Positions 1 through 9,386 are shown, counted from the first letter of the stretch. The stretch: DNA of 32,000 bases from Halomicrobium mukohataei DSM 12286 (GCF_000023965.1 NC_013202.1:510001-542000), one strand, 5' to 3'. The notes: generated by a model from the sequence alone, not told the origin. Program-made: numbers and translations.

Positions 1-64
1 CGAAGCCCTCGTCGCTCTCGTAGTACTTCGTGAGCCCCTCGGTTCGGAGGATCGTTCTACTCAC
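1..64 (-). CDS. ABC transporter ATP-binding protein, second ATPase of the Opp/Dpp operon (OppF/DppF-like); only the first ~21 codons lie in the window
   Basis: The reverse strand reads (GTG)SRTILRTEGLTKYYESDEGF, a typical OppF/DppF N-terminus. The start overlaps the stop of the upstream ATPase gene. An alternative GTG lies at 73. Confidence 0.5.
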   Translation of the reverse strand, partial: MSRTILRTEGLTKYYESDEGF

Positions 65-1124
65 GCTGATCACCCGGTGTGATCTGTGGTTCCTCGCCGT
101 CGACTTCGACGGTGTAGTCCAGCCCGCCGGTCAGATCGTCCGTGTACTCCAGGCAGGCGGCGGCGTGTTCGCCCGGATCGCCGCTGGCCTCGTGGCCGGT
201 CTCGGGATCGACGAGCACCGGGTCCTTGCGGGTGCAGGCCTCCTCCGCGTACGGACAGCGGGGGTGGAAGCTACAGCCCGTGGGAACGTCGACGAGGTCC
301 GGCATCGTGCCGGGGATCGTCTGGAGGCGCTCTCGGGTGTCCCCGATCCGGGGAATCGAGCTCATCAGCCCGACCGAGTATGGGTGTTTCGGGTCGTAGT
401 ACAGCTCCTCGACCGGTGCCTTCTCGACCGGGCGACCGCCGTACATCACCATCACGCGATCGCACACCTGTGCGATCACGCCGAGGTCGTGGGTGATCAG
501 CTGGATCGACGTGTCGAACTCGTCGGCGAGGTCCTCGAGCTGGTCGAGGATCTTCGCCTCGATGGTCACGTCCAGGGCGGTCGTGGGCTCGTCGGCGATC
601 AACAGGTCGGGATCACAGGACAGCGCCATCGCGATCACCGCTCGCTGTTGCATCCCGCCGGAGAACTCGTGGGGATAGTCCGAGTAGCGCGCTTCCGCCT
701 CGGGGATCCCGACCTCGTCGAGGAGACGGATCGTCCGCTCTTTGGCCTCCTGTTCGCCGTAGTCGAGGTGGTGTCGGATCACCTCGGAGATCTGTTCCCC
801 GACGGTGTAGACGGGGTTGAGCGCGGTCTGGGCGTCCTGGAAGATCATGGCGATCTCGTTGCCGCGGATCGATCGGACCCGCTCTTCGCTCATCTCCAGG
901 AGGTCCTCGCCCTTGAACAGGATCTCGCCGCTCTCGATCTGGCCGGGGTCCTCGATCAGGCGCATCAGCGACATCGCGGTGACGCTCTTGCCGGCACCGC
1001 TCTCGCCGACGACGCCGAACTTCTCGCCGCGTTCGATCGTGTACGAGAGGTCGTCGACGGCCCTGACGACCCCCTCTTCCGTGTAGAAGTTCACGGTGAG
1101 GTCGTTGATCTCGACGAGGGCCAT
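57..1124 (-). CDS. Oligopeptide/dipeptide ABC transporter ATP-binding protein (OppD/DppD-like)
   Basis: 355-aa ORF with Walker A GESGAGKS, ABC signature FSGGMQQR, Walker B LLIADEPTTALD and a C-terminal Opp/Dpp-type Cys cluster (GCSFHPRCPYAEEAC). The start overlaps the stop of the upstream permease gene. Confidence 0.95.
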   Translation of the reverse strand: MALVEINDLTVNFYTEEGVVRAVDDLSYTIERGEKFGVVGESGAGKSVTAMSLMRLIEDPGQIESGEILFKGEDLLEMSEERVRSIRGNEIAMIFQDAQTALNPVYTVGEQISEVIRHHLDYGEQEAKERTIRLLDEVGIPEAEARYSDYPHEFSGGMQQRAVIAMALSCDPDLLIADEPTTALDVTIEAKILDQLEDLADEFDTSIQLITHDLGVIAQVCDRVMVMYGGRPVEKAPVEELYYDPKHPYSVGLMSSIPRIGDTRERLQTIPGTMPDLVDVPTGCSFHPRCPYAEEACTRKDPVLVDPETGHEASGDPGEHAAACLEYTDDLTGGLDYTVEVDGEEPQITPGDQRE

Positions 1125-2167
1125 CAGTTACCGCCTCCCTGTTCGACGTCGACGTTGCTCTGGGCGTCCAGCGCGTCGTTGACGCCGTCACCGATCATGT
1201 TCATCGCCATCACGAAGATGAAGATGGCTCCACCGGGGAAGACGGTCGCCCACCACGGGATCGAACCGCCCGGCCCCTGGATGAGCGTCTCGCGGGTCGC
1301 GTCCAGCATCGTCCCCCACTCGGGGGTACCCGGCGGGAAGCCCAGACCGAGGAAGCCAAGCGCCGCCACGCCGATGACGACGGTCCCGATCGACAGCGAC
1401 GCCTGGACGATCAGGGGCGCGATGGCGTTGGGAACGATGTGTCTGAAGATCACCGACCGGTCACGAGCACCGAGCGCCTGGGCGGCCGTGACGTACTGGT
1501 TTTGCTTGACCGAGAGTATCTCACCGCGTATCAGCCGTGCGTAGCCGGCCCAGCCGGGGAAGGCGAAGGCCGCGACCAGTTGCCAGTAGCCACCGCCCAG
1601 AATGGCGATAATCACCAGCGCCAACACGAGCGCCGGGAAGGCAAAGACCGTGTCGACGATCCGCATCATGACCTCGTCGACCCAGCCGCCGTAGTAGCCC
1701 GCGACGGCACCGTAGACGAGCCCGAAGCCGGCAGTGATGAACACGACGACGAAGCCGATCGAGATGCTCGCGCGGCCGCCGACCATCACACGAGAGAACA
1801 TGTCTCGCCCCGAGGCGTCGGTCCCCATCGGATGGGCCAGCGACGGCGGGTCGTACGCCCCGACGTTCGAACCGGGTTCGAGAAAGAGACTCTTCTGGGG
1901 CTCGAAGGGTGCGAGCGAGATCGGCTGGACGGTGATGCCGGCGATCTCGACCGGCCGAGCGAACGTCGTCAACACCACCATGATCGCGACGACCGAGAGC
2001 CCGATCATCGCCGTCCGGTTGCTCTTGAACTGCCGCCAGGCGCGTTGCCAGCGACCTTCTGTGCCTCTGTCGGTGCCACCCGCTGTCCAGTCGGACAGTG
2101 GCTCCCGTTCGGTCACCTGTTCCGTGTCGAAACCGCTGATCTGTATCCGTCCTCGTTGCGTAGACAT
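1124..2167 (-). CDS. ABC transporter permease (OppC/DppC-like)
   Basis: 347-aa multi-span membrane ORF with the binding-protein-dependent permease loop (YVTAAQALGARDRSVIFRHIVPNAIAP). It sits between the other permease and the ATPases. Confidence 0.9.
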   Translation of the reverse strand: MSTQRGRIQISGFDTEQVTEREPLSDWTAGGTDRGTEGRWQRAWRQFKSNRTAMIGLSVVAIMVVLTTFARPVEIAGITVQPISLAPFEPQKSLFLEPGSNVGAYDPPSLAHPMGTDASGRDMFSRVMVGGRASISIGFVVVFITAGFGLVYGAVAGYYGGWVDEVMMRIVDTVFAFPALVLALVIIAILGGGYWQLVAAFAFPGWAGYARLIRGEILSVKQNQYVTAAQALGARDRSVIFRHIVPNAIAPLIVQASLSIGTVVIGVAALGFLGLGFPPGTPEWGTMLDATRETLIQGPGGSIPWWATVFPGGAIFIFVMAMNMIGDGVNDALDAQSNVDVEQGGGN

Positions 2168-2169
2168 AG

Positions 2170-3126
2170 TTAGTCGTATCTGATCCGTGGGTCCAGCATC
2201 GCGTAGACGATGTCTGCGAGTAGGTTCGCGAGCACGAGTGCGACGCCGGTAAACAGCGTGATCGCCAGGATGAGATTGACCTCACGGGAGGTGATCGCCT
2301 GGACGAACTCTCGGCCCAGTCCGGGCCAGCTGAAGACGACCTCGACGACGACCGAGCCAGCGACGATGTTGGCGGTCAGGAACGCCGCGACCGTCGTCAC
2401 CGAGATCAGGGAGTTGCGCAGAACGTGCTTGAGGATCACCGTCTGCTCGGGGAGCCCCTTCGCGCGCGCGGCAGTGACGTACTCTTTGTTGAGCTCCTCG
2501 GCCATCGACGAGCGCATGATCCGCATCAGCGTCGAGGCAGAGGCGGTCCCGATCGTGATGCCGGGCATCACGAGGAACCACAGCGTATCCAGACTCAACA
2601 GTCCGTTCCGCGGGGGCAAGACCGGCCAGATGTTGAACACCAGCGCACCGAACAGGATCAGCATCAGGCCGAGCCAGAAGTTCGGAACCGAGATGCCCGA
2701 GAGGGCGATGAAGCGACTCACGTGGTCGCCCAGGTCGTCCTTGTTGACGGCCGCGTAGATCCCCGTCGGGATGGCGATGACCAGTGCGAACACCCATCCG
2801 AACAGCCCGAGCACGATCGTTTCGGGCAGTCGGTTCATGATGACGTCGTTGACGCTGACACCCGAGCGGGTGATGACCGGACCGAGATCTCCCTGTAACA
2901 CGTTCCCGATCCAGCGGAGATACTGCTCCCAGACCGGGAGGTCGTATCCGTATCGTTCGCGCAACGCCGCCTCTTCGGCCGGACCGACATCCGGGTTGAA
3001 CGACACCAGCACGTCGATCGGGTCGCCCGGCGTGAGATGTACCATGCCGAACGTGACGATCGAGACACCGAACAGTATCGGGATCGTCAGCAGTACTCGT
3101 TTGACGATGAAACGTCGAAGGCCCAT
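2170..3126 (-). CDS. ABC transporter permease (OppB/DppB-like)
   Basis: 318-aa ORF. The N-terminus RRFIVKRVLLTIPILFGVSIVTF is typical of OppB/DppB, and it carries the permease loop EYVTAARAKGLPEQTVILKHVLRNSL. Confidence 0.9.
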   Translation of the reverse strand: MGLRRFIVKRVLLTIPILFGVSIVTFGMVHLTPGDPIDVLVSFNPDVGPAEEAALRERYGYDLPVWEQYLRWIGNVLQGDLGPVITRSGVSVNDVIMNRLPETIVLGLFGWVFALVIAIPTGIYAAVNKDDLGDHVSRFIALSGISVPNFWLGLMLILFGALVFNIWPVLPPRNGLLSLDTLWFLVMPGITIGTASASTLMRIMRSSMAEELNKEYVTAARAKGLPEQTVILKHVLRNSLISVTTVAAFLTANIVAGSVVVEVVFSWPGLGREFVQAITSREVNLILAITLFTGVALVLANLLADIVYAMLDPRIRYD

Positions 3127-3138
3127 ACGTTGTCCTCG

Positions 3139-5118
3139 TTATCTGCTGAGGTACGTAATCTGTTCGTCCTGTGGAGCGAACAGGCCGTATCCGATGATGT
3201 CCTGCGTGCTCGGATACGTGTTGAACCCGTTGACGACGGTGTCGTCGACGACACCGACGAGCGTGCTGTGCGTACCGTAGGAGTTGGCGCTGAGTTCGAG
3301 GACGCGTTCCCAGACCGCGTTGTACCGCTCCTGTCTGAGTTCGGGATCCTGGGCCACGTCGACGCCGTATCGTGCGTCGCGCAACAGCTGGCTCAGTTCG
3401 TCGTCGTTGATGTTCTGGAAGTTACAACACTGAGCGAAGTTGTCCTGTGAGTGGACGGACTTCGCGTAGCCGTGTGGGTTGAAGCCGCCCGAGAGCCCGA
3501 TGAAAGCGAACTTGCCGTCGTCGTAGTACTCCTCGCTGAGGAGCTGGCCGATGAAGTCGAGGAACTCGTAGGTCTCCAGAGAGGCCTCGAAGTACTCCGA
3601 CCGATTGAGCGCTTCCTGGATCAGCTCGACGGTACGGACGCGGTCGTCGTTGTCGGAGTTCGTCTCCAGCTGGACCTCGATCGGGGTCTCCCAGCCATTG
3701 TCCTCGATTGCCTCTTCGACGAGCTCCGCCGCTCGCTCTTGGTCGTATTCGTTGTACTCGCGGCCGTCCTCGACGAGCTGCTCGTAGTCGTCGGTCCCGG
3801 CCCCGGCGGCGACCGGCGGCAGCGGCGTCCAAGCCGGATTTTCCCACCCGGAGAAGATGTTCTGGGCGATATTCTCACGCGGGATGAGGTGGTTGATCGC
3901 CTGTCGAACCCGCTTGTCGGTGAAGGGTTCGACCGTGACGGGGTGCTGGAGGAACGTGTAGCCGGCACCGTCGGTCGGGGCCGTCCGGAAGTCTTCGGAG
4001 TTCTGGTAGTCGTTGAGCGTGCTCGCAGTCAGCCCGTAGCTCATGTCGATCTCGCCTTCCTGGAGGGCCGCGGACCGTGAAGCGTCCTCCGAGACGAACG
4101 ATACGTCGACCTCGTCGACGACCGGGCCGTTCGGGAACTCCGAGGAGCCCTCGAACCAGTCTTTCATCTCGGTGTCGAACCAGTAGTCGTCGAAGGCGGT
4201 GAACACGACGTACTCGCCTTCCTGGAACTCGTCCAGTTCGAACATTCCGGTCCCCATCGGCGTGTTCCCCTGTCGGGGGTCCATCGCCTCGGGCGGGAGC
4301 GTCGCCGACTCGGAGGGGTAGATCGGCGCGTCGCCGAGTTCCAGCACCGCGGCCGCGTCGGGTTCCTGAATGTAGAGGTGGACGGTGTAGTCGCCGTCGG
4401 CCTGGATGTCCAGCATCGAGTCGTAGTACTGGCCCGACAGCGTCGAGTTCCGGATGCGCTCGTAGGACTCGACGACGTTGTCGGCGGTCATCTCGTTGCC
4501 GTTGTGGAACGTGACACCCTCGTGGAGGTCGAACCGGAAGTGCATCCCGTAGGTGCCATCCGCGACGGCGTCGCCGGCCTCTTCGACGGTCAGAACGCGG
4601 GCGTCGTCGCCGGACGCGGGATCGTTGTCCGGGTGTTCCAGGACGATCTGTGCGTCCGTGTCGATGACCATCGCGCCGTCTTCGGTCTCGGTGTAGGGGA
4701 CGGAGGTCATGTAGTCCGCGTAGTCGGCCGGCGATACGTCCTGTACGTCGACCTGTTCGTACGACTCGGCGAGCCACGGATAGATCTCGCCGCTCGCGTC
4801 GGTCGTCACCATCCCCTCGAAGATGAGGTTGTGGAGGATCGAAGCCGAAGCGGAGCTACTGTACGCGAAGTCGAACGAGTCCGGTCCCTCACCGATCGCG
4901 GCTCTGAACGTCCCGCCCTCTTCGATGTCGGCGGGATCGACCGTGACACGATCCTGAACGGGGTCGACACCACCGTCGCCGCCGTCGCCACCGTCACCAC
5001 CACCGCCGAGCTGATCCGAACAGCCCGCAAGTGACATTGCGCTGAGGGCAGCTGCGCTTTGGAGGACCTTACGACGCGAAATACCGGGCAAATTATCGTC
5101 CAAATTTAATTTCGACAT
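3139..5118 (-). CDS. ABC transporter substrate-binding lipoprotein, family 5 (peptide/nickel type), Tat-exported
   Basis: 659-aa very acidic ORF. The N-terminus ISRRKVLQSAAALSAMSLAGCS is a twin-arginine signal plus a lipobox Cys. It is the first gene of the transporter operon. Confidence 0.9.
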   Translation of the reverse strand: MSKLNLDDNLPGISRRKVLQSAAALSAMSLAGCSDQLGGGGDGGDGGDGGVDPVQDRVTVDPADIEEGGTFRAAIGEGPDSFDFAYSSSASASILHNLIFEGMVTTDASGEIYPWLAESYEQVDVQDVSPADYADYMTSVPYTETEDGAMVIDTDAQIVLEHPDNDPASGDDARVLTVEEAGDAVADGTYGMHFRFDLHEGVTFHNGNEMTADNVVESYERIRNSTLSGQYYDSMLDIQADGDYTVHLYIQEPDAAAVLELGDAPIYPSESATLPPEAMDPRQGNTPMGTGMFELDEFQEGEYVVFTAFDDYWFDTEMKDWFEGSSEFPNGPVVDEVDVSFVSEDASRSAALQEGEIDMSYGLTASTLNDYQNSEDFRTAPTDGAGYTFLQHPVTVEPFTDKRVRQAINHLIPRENIAQNIFSGWENPAWTPLPPVAAGAGTDDYEQLVEDGREYNEYDQERAAELVEEAIEDNGWETPIEVQLETNSDNDDRVRTVELIQEALNRSEYFEASLETYEFLDFIGQLLSEEYYDDGKFAFIGLSGGFNPHGYAKSVHSQDNFAQCCNFQNINDDELSQLLRDARYGVDVAQDPELRQERYNAVWERVLELSANSYGTHSTLVGVVDDTVVNGFNTYPSTQDIIGYGLFAPQDEQITYLSR

Positions 5119-5502
5119 GTCTGAATCACCAGTGAAAGCCTACCCCACCATCACAGTGGTCATCAAAAAGGGTTGTGGCGTTGTCCCACGCATCAGAGAC
5201 ATAAACCATAAATAATCTTATTTAGTTGCGTAATAATTGTATGTGGGGCAAGTATACTTGCGTCGGCGGTAGTTAACGCTGCTCAACACCCCAGTTCGTA
5301 AACAACAATATCGTGGTTTGTCGGAAACTCAAGTATATCGAGAGAGGCGCGAGCTGTCAGTCGGTCGCGTCGAGTGAACCCATCGCAGTCGTCGGCCGAT
5401 AGCCGCATATCCCGGCCGCCGAGAATTAGCGTCTGTTATGAAATGGCGAGTTGCAGTTAACACGTCGGGACGGCATCCGACGGGCGACGAGAGACCAGAA
5501 GG

Positions 5503-5508
5503 ATATTT
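5503..5508 (+). promoter_or_regulatory. Candidate TATA box for the peroxidase gene (leaderless spacing)
   Basis: ATATTT is centred about 28 nt upstream of the ATG at 5533, inside a visibly AT-richer 410-bp divergent intergenic region. Confidence 0.3.
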
Positions 5509-5532
5509 GCAACGGCATCCCTAGGACCGCCG

Positions 5533-6795
5533 ATGCAACCCACCCAGCGCGGTGTCTCACGGCGCGAGTTCGTCAAGGCGGCCGTGGCCATCGGCGGGTC
5601 GGCCGCGCTGTCGGCCTGTCTCGAGCGAGAGTCACCGGACCTGGCGACCGGAGACCCGTCGTCCGTCCCCGACCGCCAGCACGCCTGGGACGAGGCGTTG
5701 CCACGAGACGACCACGGAAACGTCCGAATCCCTCGTCACCACGTCCTCCTGCTCGTCGAGTACAGTGAGACCGGCGTCCCCGACGACGACGCGCGCGAGA
5801 CCGTCGAAGCGGCGTTCCGCTCGCTCGAACGGGCCTACCCGTGGAGCAACGAGGGGCTACTCTTTACCGCGGGCTATGCCCCCGCGTACTTCGACCGATA
5901 CGACGCCGGCCCCGACGGCGTCGCGCTGCCAGCGCCCACGGCACTGGCCCCGTTCGAAGACCCGGAACTCGACGAACCAGACGCGGTGATACACCTCACC
6001 AGCGACTACGGGAGCGTCGTCCTGGGGGCCGAACAGGCCCTGGTGGGCGAACGGTCGACGCTCAACGGCGTCGACGTGTCCGGCTTCGGAGAGGTCTTCG
6101 ACCGCGTGGACAAGCGAACCGGGTTCGTCGGCGACGGCCTCCCCGCGGAGAACCAGGACGTGGACGGGATTCCGGACGACGAGCCCGTCGACGAGGACGC
6201 ACCGCTGTTCATGGGCTTCGAGTCCGGCTTCGAGAAGAACCAGGCCAGCGAGGACGGCGTCACGATCGAGAGCGGCCCCTTCGCCGGTGGGACGACCCAG
6301 CACCTCTCGAAGATTCGGCTCCACCTCGACCAGTGGTACAATCAGGACAGTCGCTCCCAGCGCGTCGCGAAGATGTTCTGCCCGGCCCACGCGGAGGACG
6401 ATCGCGTCGAGGGCGTCGGCGAGAACCTCGGCGACGACAATCAGGTCGGCGACTGCGTCGACGACATCGAGGCCGACGCCGGCAGCCACGGGATCGTCGG
6501 TCACGCCCAGAAGAACGCCCGCGCACGCGACGAGGACGATACGCCGGTCCTGTTGCGCCGGGACTTCGACTCGACCGACGACGGCGCGGCCGGCGTCCAC
6601 TTCCTCTCGCTGCAGTCGTCGGTCGCAGACTTCGTCGCGACGCGAGCGGCGATGAACGGCAGCGACGTGAGCGAGGAGTCGAGCGTCGGAACGCGACTCA
6701 ACAACGGGATCCTCCAGTACATGACCGTCCAGCGGCGGGGCAACTACCTCGTCCCGCCGCGCTCGTCGCGTGCGCTGCCACGGCCCAGCCCGTAG
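5533..6795 (+). CDS. Tat-exported DyP-type (EfeB-like) peroxidase
   Basis: 420-aa ORF with a twin-arginine signal (GVSRREFVKAAVAIGGSAALSAC). The C-terminal half has DyP/EfeB-like blocks (GIVGHAQKNARAR, PVLLRRDFDSTD, GVHFLSLQSSVADFV). The family call is from motif memory only. Confidence 0.7.
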   Translation: MQPTQRGVSRREFVKAAVAIGGSAALSACLERESPDLATGDPSSVPDRQHAWDEALPRDDHGNVRIPRHHVLLLVEYSETGVPDDDARETVEAAFRSLERAYPWSNEGLLFTAGYAPAYFDRYDAGPDGVALPAPTALAPFEDPELDEPDAVIHLTSDYGSVVLGAEQALVGERSTLNGVDVSGFGEVFDRVDKRTGFVGDGLPAENQDVDGIPDDEPVDEDAPLFMGFESGFEKNQASEDGVTIESGPFAGGTTQHLSKIRLHLDQWYNQDSRSQRVAKMFCPAHAEDDRVEGVGENLGDDNQVGDCVDDIEADAGSHGIVGHAQKNARARDEDDTPVLLRRDFDSTDDGAAGVHFLSLQSSVADFVATRAAMNGSDVSEESSVGTRLNNGILQYMTVQRRGNYLVPPRSSRALPRPSP

Positions 6796-6849
6796 CGTCT
6801 TCGACGGTCAGACCACATCGCTATAGAGGGACCAGTGCCAAGCGCCGGT

Positions 6850-7902
6850 ATGGACAGATCGCAGTACACGCGTCGAGCGCTCCTCGGTGGCGTCGCCGGG
6901 CTCGGTGCGACCGCGACGGCCGGCTGTTCGGGGCTCCTCGAAAGTCAGGCCGTCGGCGAGCCGCCGGTCGTCGAGGAACGGCCCAACGCGGTCTACTACC
7001 CCACACACGTCGAGGGGATGGAGATGATCGGTATGACCGACGCGGGCGACCGTCAGATCGGACTGATGTACTCCTACGCCCACCGGTTCTGGACGATGGA
7101 CGTGGGCGACACCGCACGCGTCTCCGCCGGTGACGCCGACGCCCACCTGATGGCGAGCGTCTGGGATCCCGACACCGGACAGGTGTTGCCCGTCCGGAGC
7201 GGGCTCTCGGTCGCGATCGAACGAGACGGCCAGACGATCGACGAGCGCACGCCCTGGACCATGCTCTCACAGAACATGGGCTTTCACTACGGCGACAACG
7301 TCTCGCTCGACGGGGACGGCACCTACACCGTCACGGTCGAGGCCGGCGGACTCGGGATCGACCGGCTCGGCGCGTTCGCAGATCGCTTCGCAGAGCCGGT
7401 CACCGCCGAGTTCGAGTGGGAGTTCAGCCGGAGTCGGAGAAACGAGATCAGCTTCCGGCAACTGGACGGTGCCGGCGACCCCGGCGCACTCGACCCGATG
7501 GAGATGAAGATGCCCCTCTCGGTCGCGCCCGCTCGCGAGGACCTTCCGGGACGGATCGTCGGAACCGGCGAGACCGGCGACGCGACCCTCGTCGTGGCAG
7601 TGACCGACCGCGGCGGAGAGCCGTACCTCGCCGTCGCCCCCCGGACGCCGTACAACCGCTACGTCCTGCCGGCCATGTCGCTGTCCGCGACGCTCACCCG
7701 CGAGGGCGAGGCGGTCCTGGACGACTCGCTGTCAGCCGCGATCGACCCAGACCTGGGATATCACTACGGAACCGCAGTCGACGGCGTCGACTCCGGCGAC
7801 GAGCTGACGATCGCCGTCGATTCGGTCCCGCAGATCGCTCGCCACGAGGGCTACGAGACCGCCTTCCTCTCGATGCCCGACGTGGAGCTGACCGTCGAGT
7901 GA
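6850..7902 (+). CDS. Tat lipoprotein of unknown function (possible extracytoplasmic metal-binding partner of the peroxidase)
   Basis: The ORF-track frame is 6835..7902. The ATG at 6850 gives MDRSQYTRRALLGGVAGLGATATAGCSG, a twin-arginine signal plus a lipobox. It lies on the same strand 55 nt after the peroxidase stop. Confidence 0.75.
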   Translation: MDRSQYTRRALLGGVAGLGATATAGCSGLLESQAVGEPPVVEERPNAVYYPTHVEGMEMIGMTDAGDRQIGLMYSYAHRFWTMDVGDTARVSAGDADAHLMASVWDPDTGQVLPVRSGLSVAIERDGQTIDERTPWTMLSQNMGFHYGDNVSLDGDGTYTVTVEAGGLGIDRLGAFADRFAEPVTAEFEWEFSRSRRNEISFRQLDGAGDPGALDPMEMKMPLSVAPAREDLPGRIVGTGETGDATLVVAVTDRGGEPYLAVAPRTPYNRYVLPAMSLSATLTREGEAVLDDSLSAAIDPDLGYHYGTAVDGVDSGDELTIAVDSVPQIARHEGYETAFLSMPDVELTVE

Positions 7903-8002
7903 CGGCCAACGACCGCGGAGCGCGGTCCACCTGCCGTTCACGACCGCTGTGGTGCGCGTGGAAAAGAAATCGTTATAGGTCGCGGCTTCCGACCGTCGAA
8001 GT

Positions 8003-8854
8003 ATGCAACGACGAGCCGCGGCGATTTACTTCGTGTTCTTCCTCGTCGTCGGTGCGGGGGCGTATGCCTACATCGGCGTCGCCGAGCAGACAAGCCAGCC
8101 ACAGTACGACCTCGACGGAACGATGGTCGAGAGCAACGAGACGGTCGCGATCGGCGAGACCGAGTACACGCTCAACGGGATCCACCGGACGGAAGGTGAG
8201 CACGGGAGCGGGGGCGAGCTCGTCTCCGAGCTGACCTGGACCAACGACTCCTACGTCGGCACGGGATCGATCTCGCACAACTCGACGACGGAGTATCAAA
8301 ACGAGAGCTACCGGGTCCTCGTCGCCAACGAGACCGGCGTCTCCGAGTTCACGCTGGAGGCCCAGCAGAACGTCAGCGCGATCTTGCAGGCCGACCCCGC
8401 GGTCGAGAACACCACCGCGACGCGTGACGGGACCGAGTACGTCGTCTACCGGAACAACGACACCATCCAGCCACTCGCGGAGTACCTGCCCGAACCCGAG
8501 CGCCGGACCGTCTCCGAGGGCGAGACCTTCCCCTACGAGGGCAACGACGCGACCGTCGTCAACGTCACCACCAGCGAGGTCCGCCTCGAATGGGACAGCT
8601 CCGAGGAGAACACCGTCGAGCTCATCGAGGGCGGGAACGTCACGCTCGCCGACGGCCAGCAGTACTTCGCCAACTACCACGGCGAAGAGTCGGTCTCGCT
8701 GGTCCCGGCCAGCCAGTACAGCGAGTACGTCCAGACGAACAACGAACGCGATAGCTTCCAGACGCGGCTCAACGGTCTGTGGGGAATCGCGATCATCAGC
8801 GGACTCGCCGCACTGACCGCCCTCTCGACCGCGTACCTGCCCGTCCGGGGCTAA
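8003..8854 (+). CDS. Hypothetical membrane-anchored extracellular protein, rich in N-glycosylation sequons
   Basis: 283-aa ORF with an N-terminal TM (AAAIYFVFFLVVGAGAYAYIGV), a C-terminal TM (LWGIAIISGLAALTALSTAYL) and about ten N-x-S/T sequons in an acidic ectodomain. Confidence 0.7.
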   Translation: MQRRAAAIYFVFFLVVGAGAYAYIGVAEQTSQPQYDLDGTMVESNETVAIGETEYTLNGIHRTEGEHGSGGELVSELTWTNDSYVGTGSISHNSTTEYQNESYRVLVANETGVSEFTLEAQQNVSAILQADPAVENTTATRDGTEYVVYRNNDTIQPLAEYLPEPERRTVSEGETFPYEGNDATVVNVTTSEVRLEWDSSEENTVELIEGGNVTLADGQQYFANYHGEESVSLVPASQYSEYVQTNNERDSFQTRLNGLWGIAIISGLAALTALSTAYLPVRG

Positions 8855-8962
8855 CACGTCCGGCCGTCACTCTTTCGTGAGTGCCACTCTCCGTGTCTCG
8901 AGCACTGGCACACAGCCCCCAGCGTGAACAGTCGCCGCCAGAAACGCCGCTTCTCGCTCGCG

Positions 8963-9184
8963 TTACCGTCCACTCCAGCTGAGCGACGCCAGCGCCGCGC
9001 CCAGCGCGATCGTGGCCACGACGCCCAGAATCTGTAGCACCGACACCACCAGACTCCCGTTGGTCGTCCACGGCGTGCCCGCGACAGTTCCGAGTCCGAT
9101 CAACACGAGCACCACGCCCGTGCCGATTCCGAGCGGTTCCGCGAGGTCGTCGAATCGCTCCGTAAGTGCGTTCATACTCGCCAC
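8963..9184 (-). CDS. Small hypothetical membrane protein (2 TM)
   Basis: 73-aa ORF with two hydrophobic spans (GIGTGVVLVLIGLGTVAG; VVSVLQILGVVATIALGAALASL). The start could be the ATG 9 nt downstream (MNALTERF). Confidence 0.55.
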   Translation of the reverse strand: MASMNALTERFDDLAEPLGIGTGVVLVLIGLGTVAGTPWTTNGSLVVSVLQILGVVATIALGAALASLSWSGR

Positions 9185-9256
9185 CTCGGCACTGACCGTG
9201 GTAAATCTCGTGGTTCTGGCACGCGCCGTCGGATCTCCGACTCGGAGACACCCCTC

Positions 9257-9337
9257 ATACGGACAGTTGTAGTTGCTTATCGGTGAGCGTCGCCACGGGG
9301 TAGACGCTCAGCGCTACATTCCTACAACTGTCCGTAT
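9257..9337. repeat. ~80-nt palindromic element bounded by inverted repeats (MITE-like or structured RNA), copy 1
   Basis: A perfect 16-nt inverted repeat, ATACGGACAGTTGTAG (9257-9272) / CTACAACTGTCCGTAT (9322-9337), encloses an inner 8-bp hairpin (9284-9291 / 9303-9310). It is homologous over its whole length to 31112-31189. Confidence 0.7.
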
Positions 9338-9364
9338 CAGCGTGGTACTCACAGGGAACTGCGA

Positions 9365-9386
9365 CGGGCCGGGAGGGACTTGAACC
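9365..9386 (-). repeat. Exact 22-nt duplicate of the 3' end of tRNA-Lys (orphan tRNA fragment, att-like)
   Basis: CGGGCCGGGAGGGACTTGAACC at 9365-9386 is identical to 9476-9497 (T-loop, 3' T-stem, 3' acceptor strand and discriminator). I could find no matching 5' acceptor strand, so it is not a second tRNA. Confidence 0.8.

Noticed and set aside
30-1544. Long alternative-frame or antisense ORFs across the GC-rich genes, for example 30..1544 (+), 5841..7133 (+), 9559..10746 (+), 9575..10708 (-), 16478..17992 (-), 22992..24320 (+), 23299..24336 (-) and 24067..25443 (+).
   Set aside because: They are Arg/Pro/Gly/Ala-rich with no recognisable motifs. They fully overlap ORFs that have clear family signatures. 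Long open shadow frames like these are expected in high-GC DNA.
7385-7391. The bare heptamer GCGAAGC/GCTTCGC as a diagnostic marker of the odd insert segments.
   Set aside because: The heptamer also occurs inside ordinary coding sequence (for example about 7385 and about 13627), so it is not specific by itself. Only the full context, perfect flanking stems plus the TCGC-NNN-GCTC core, is reported.
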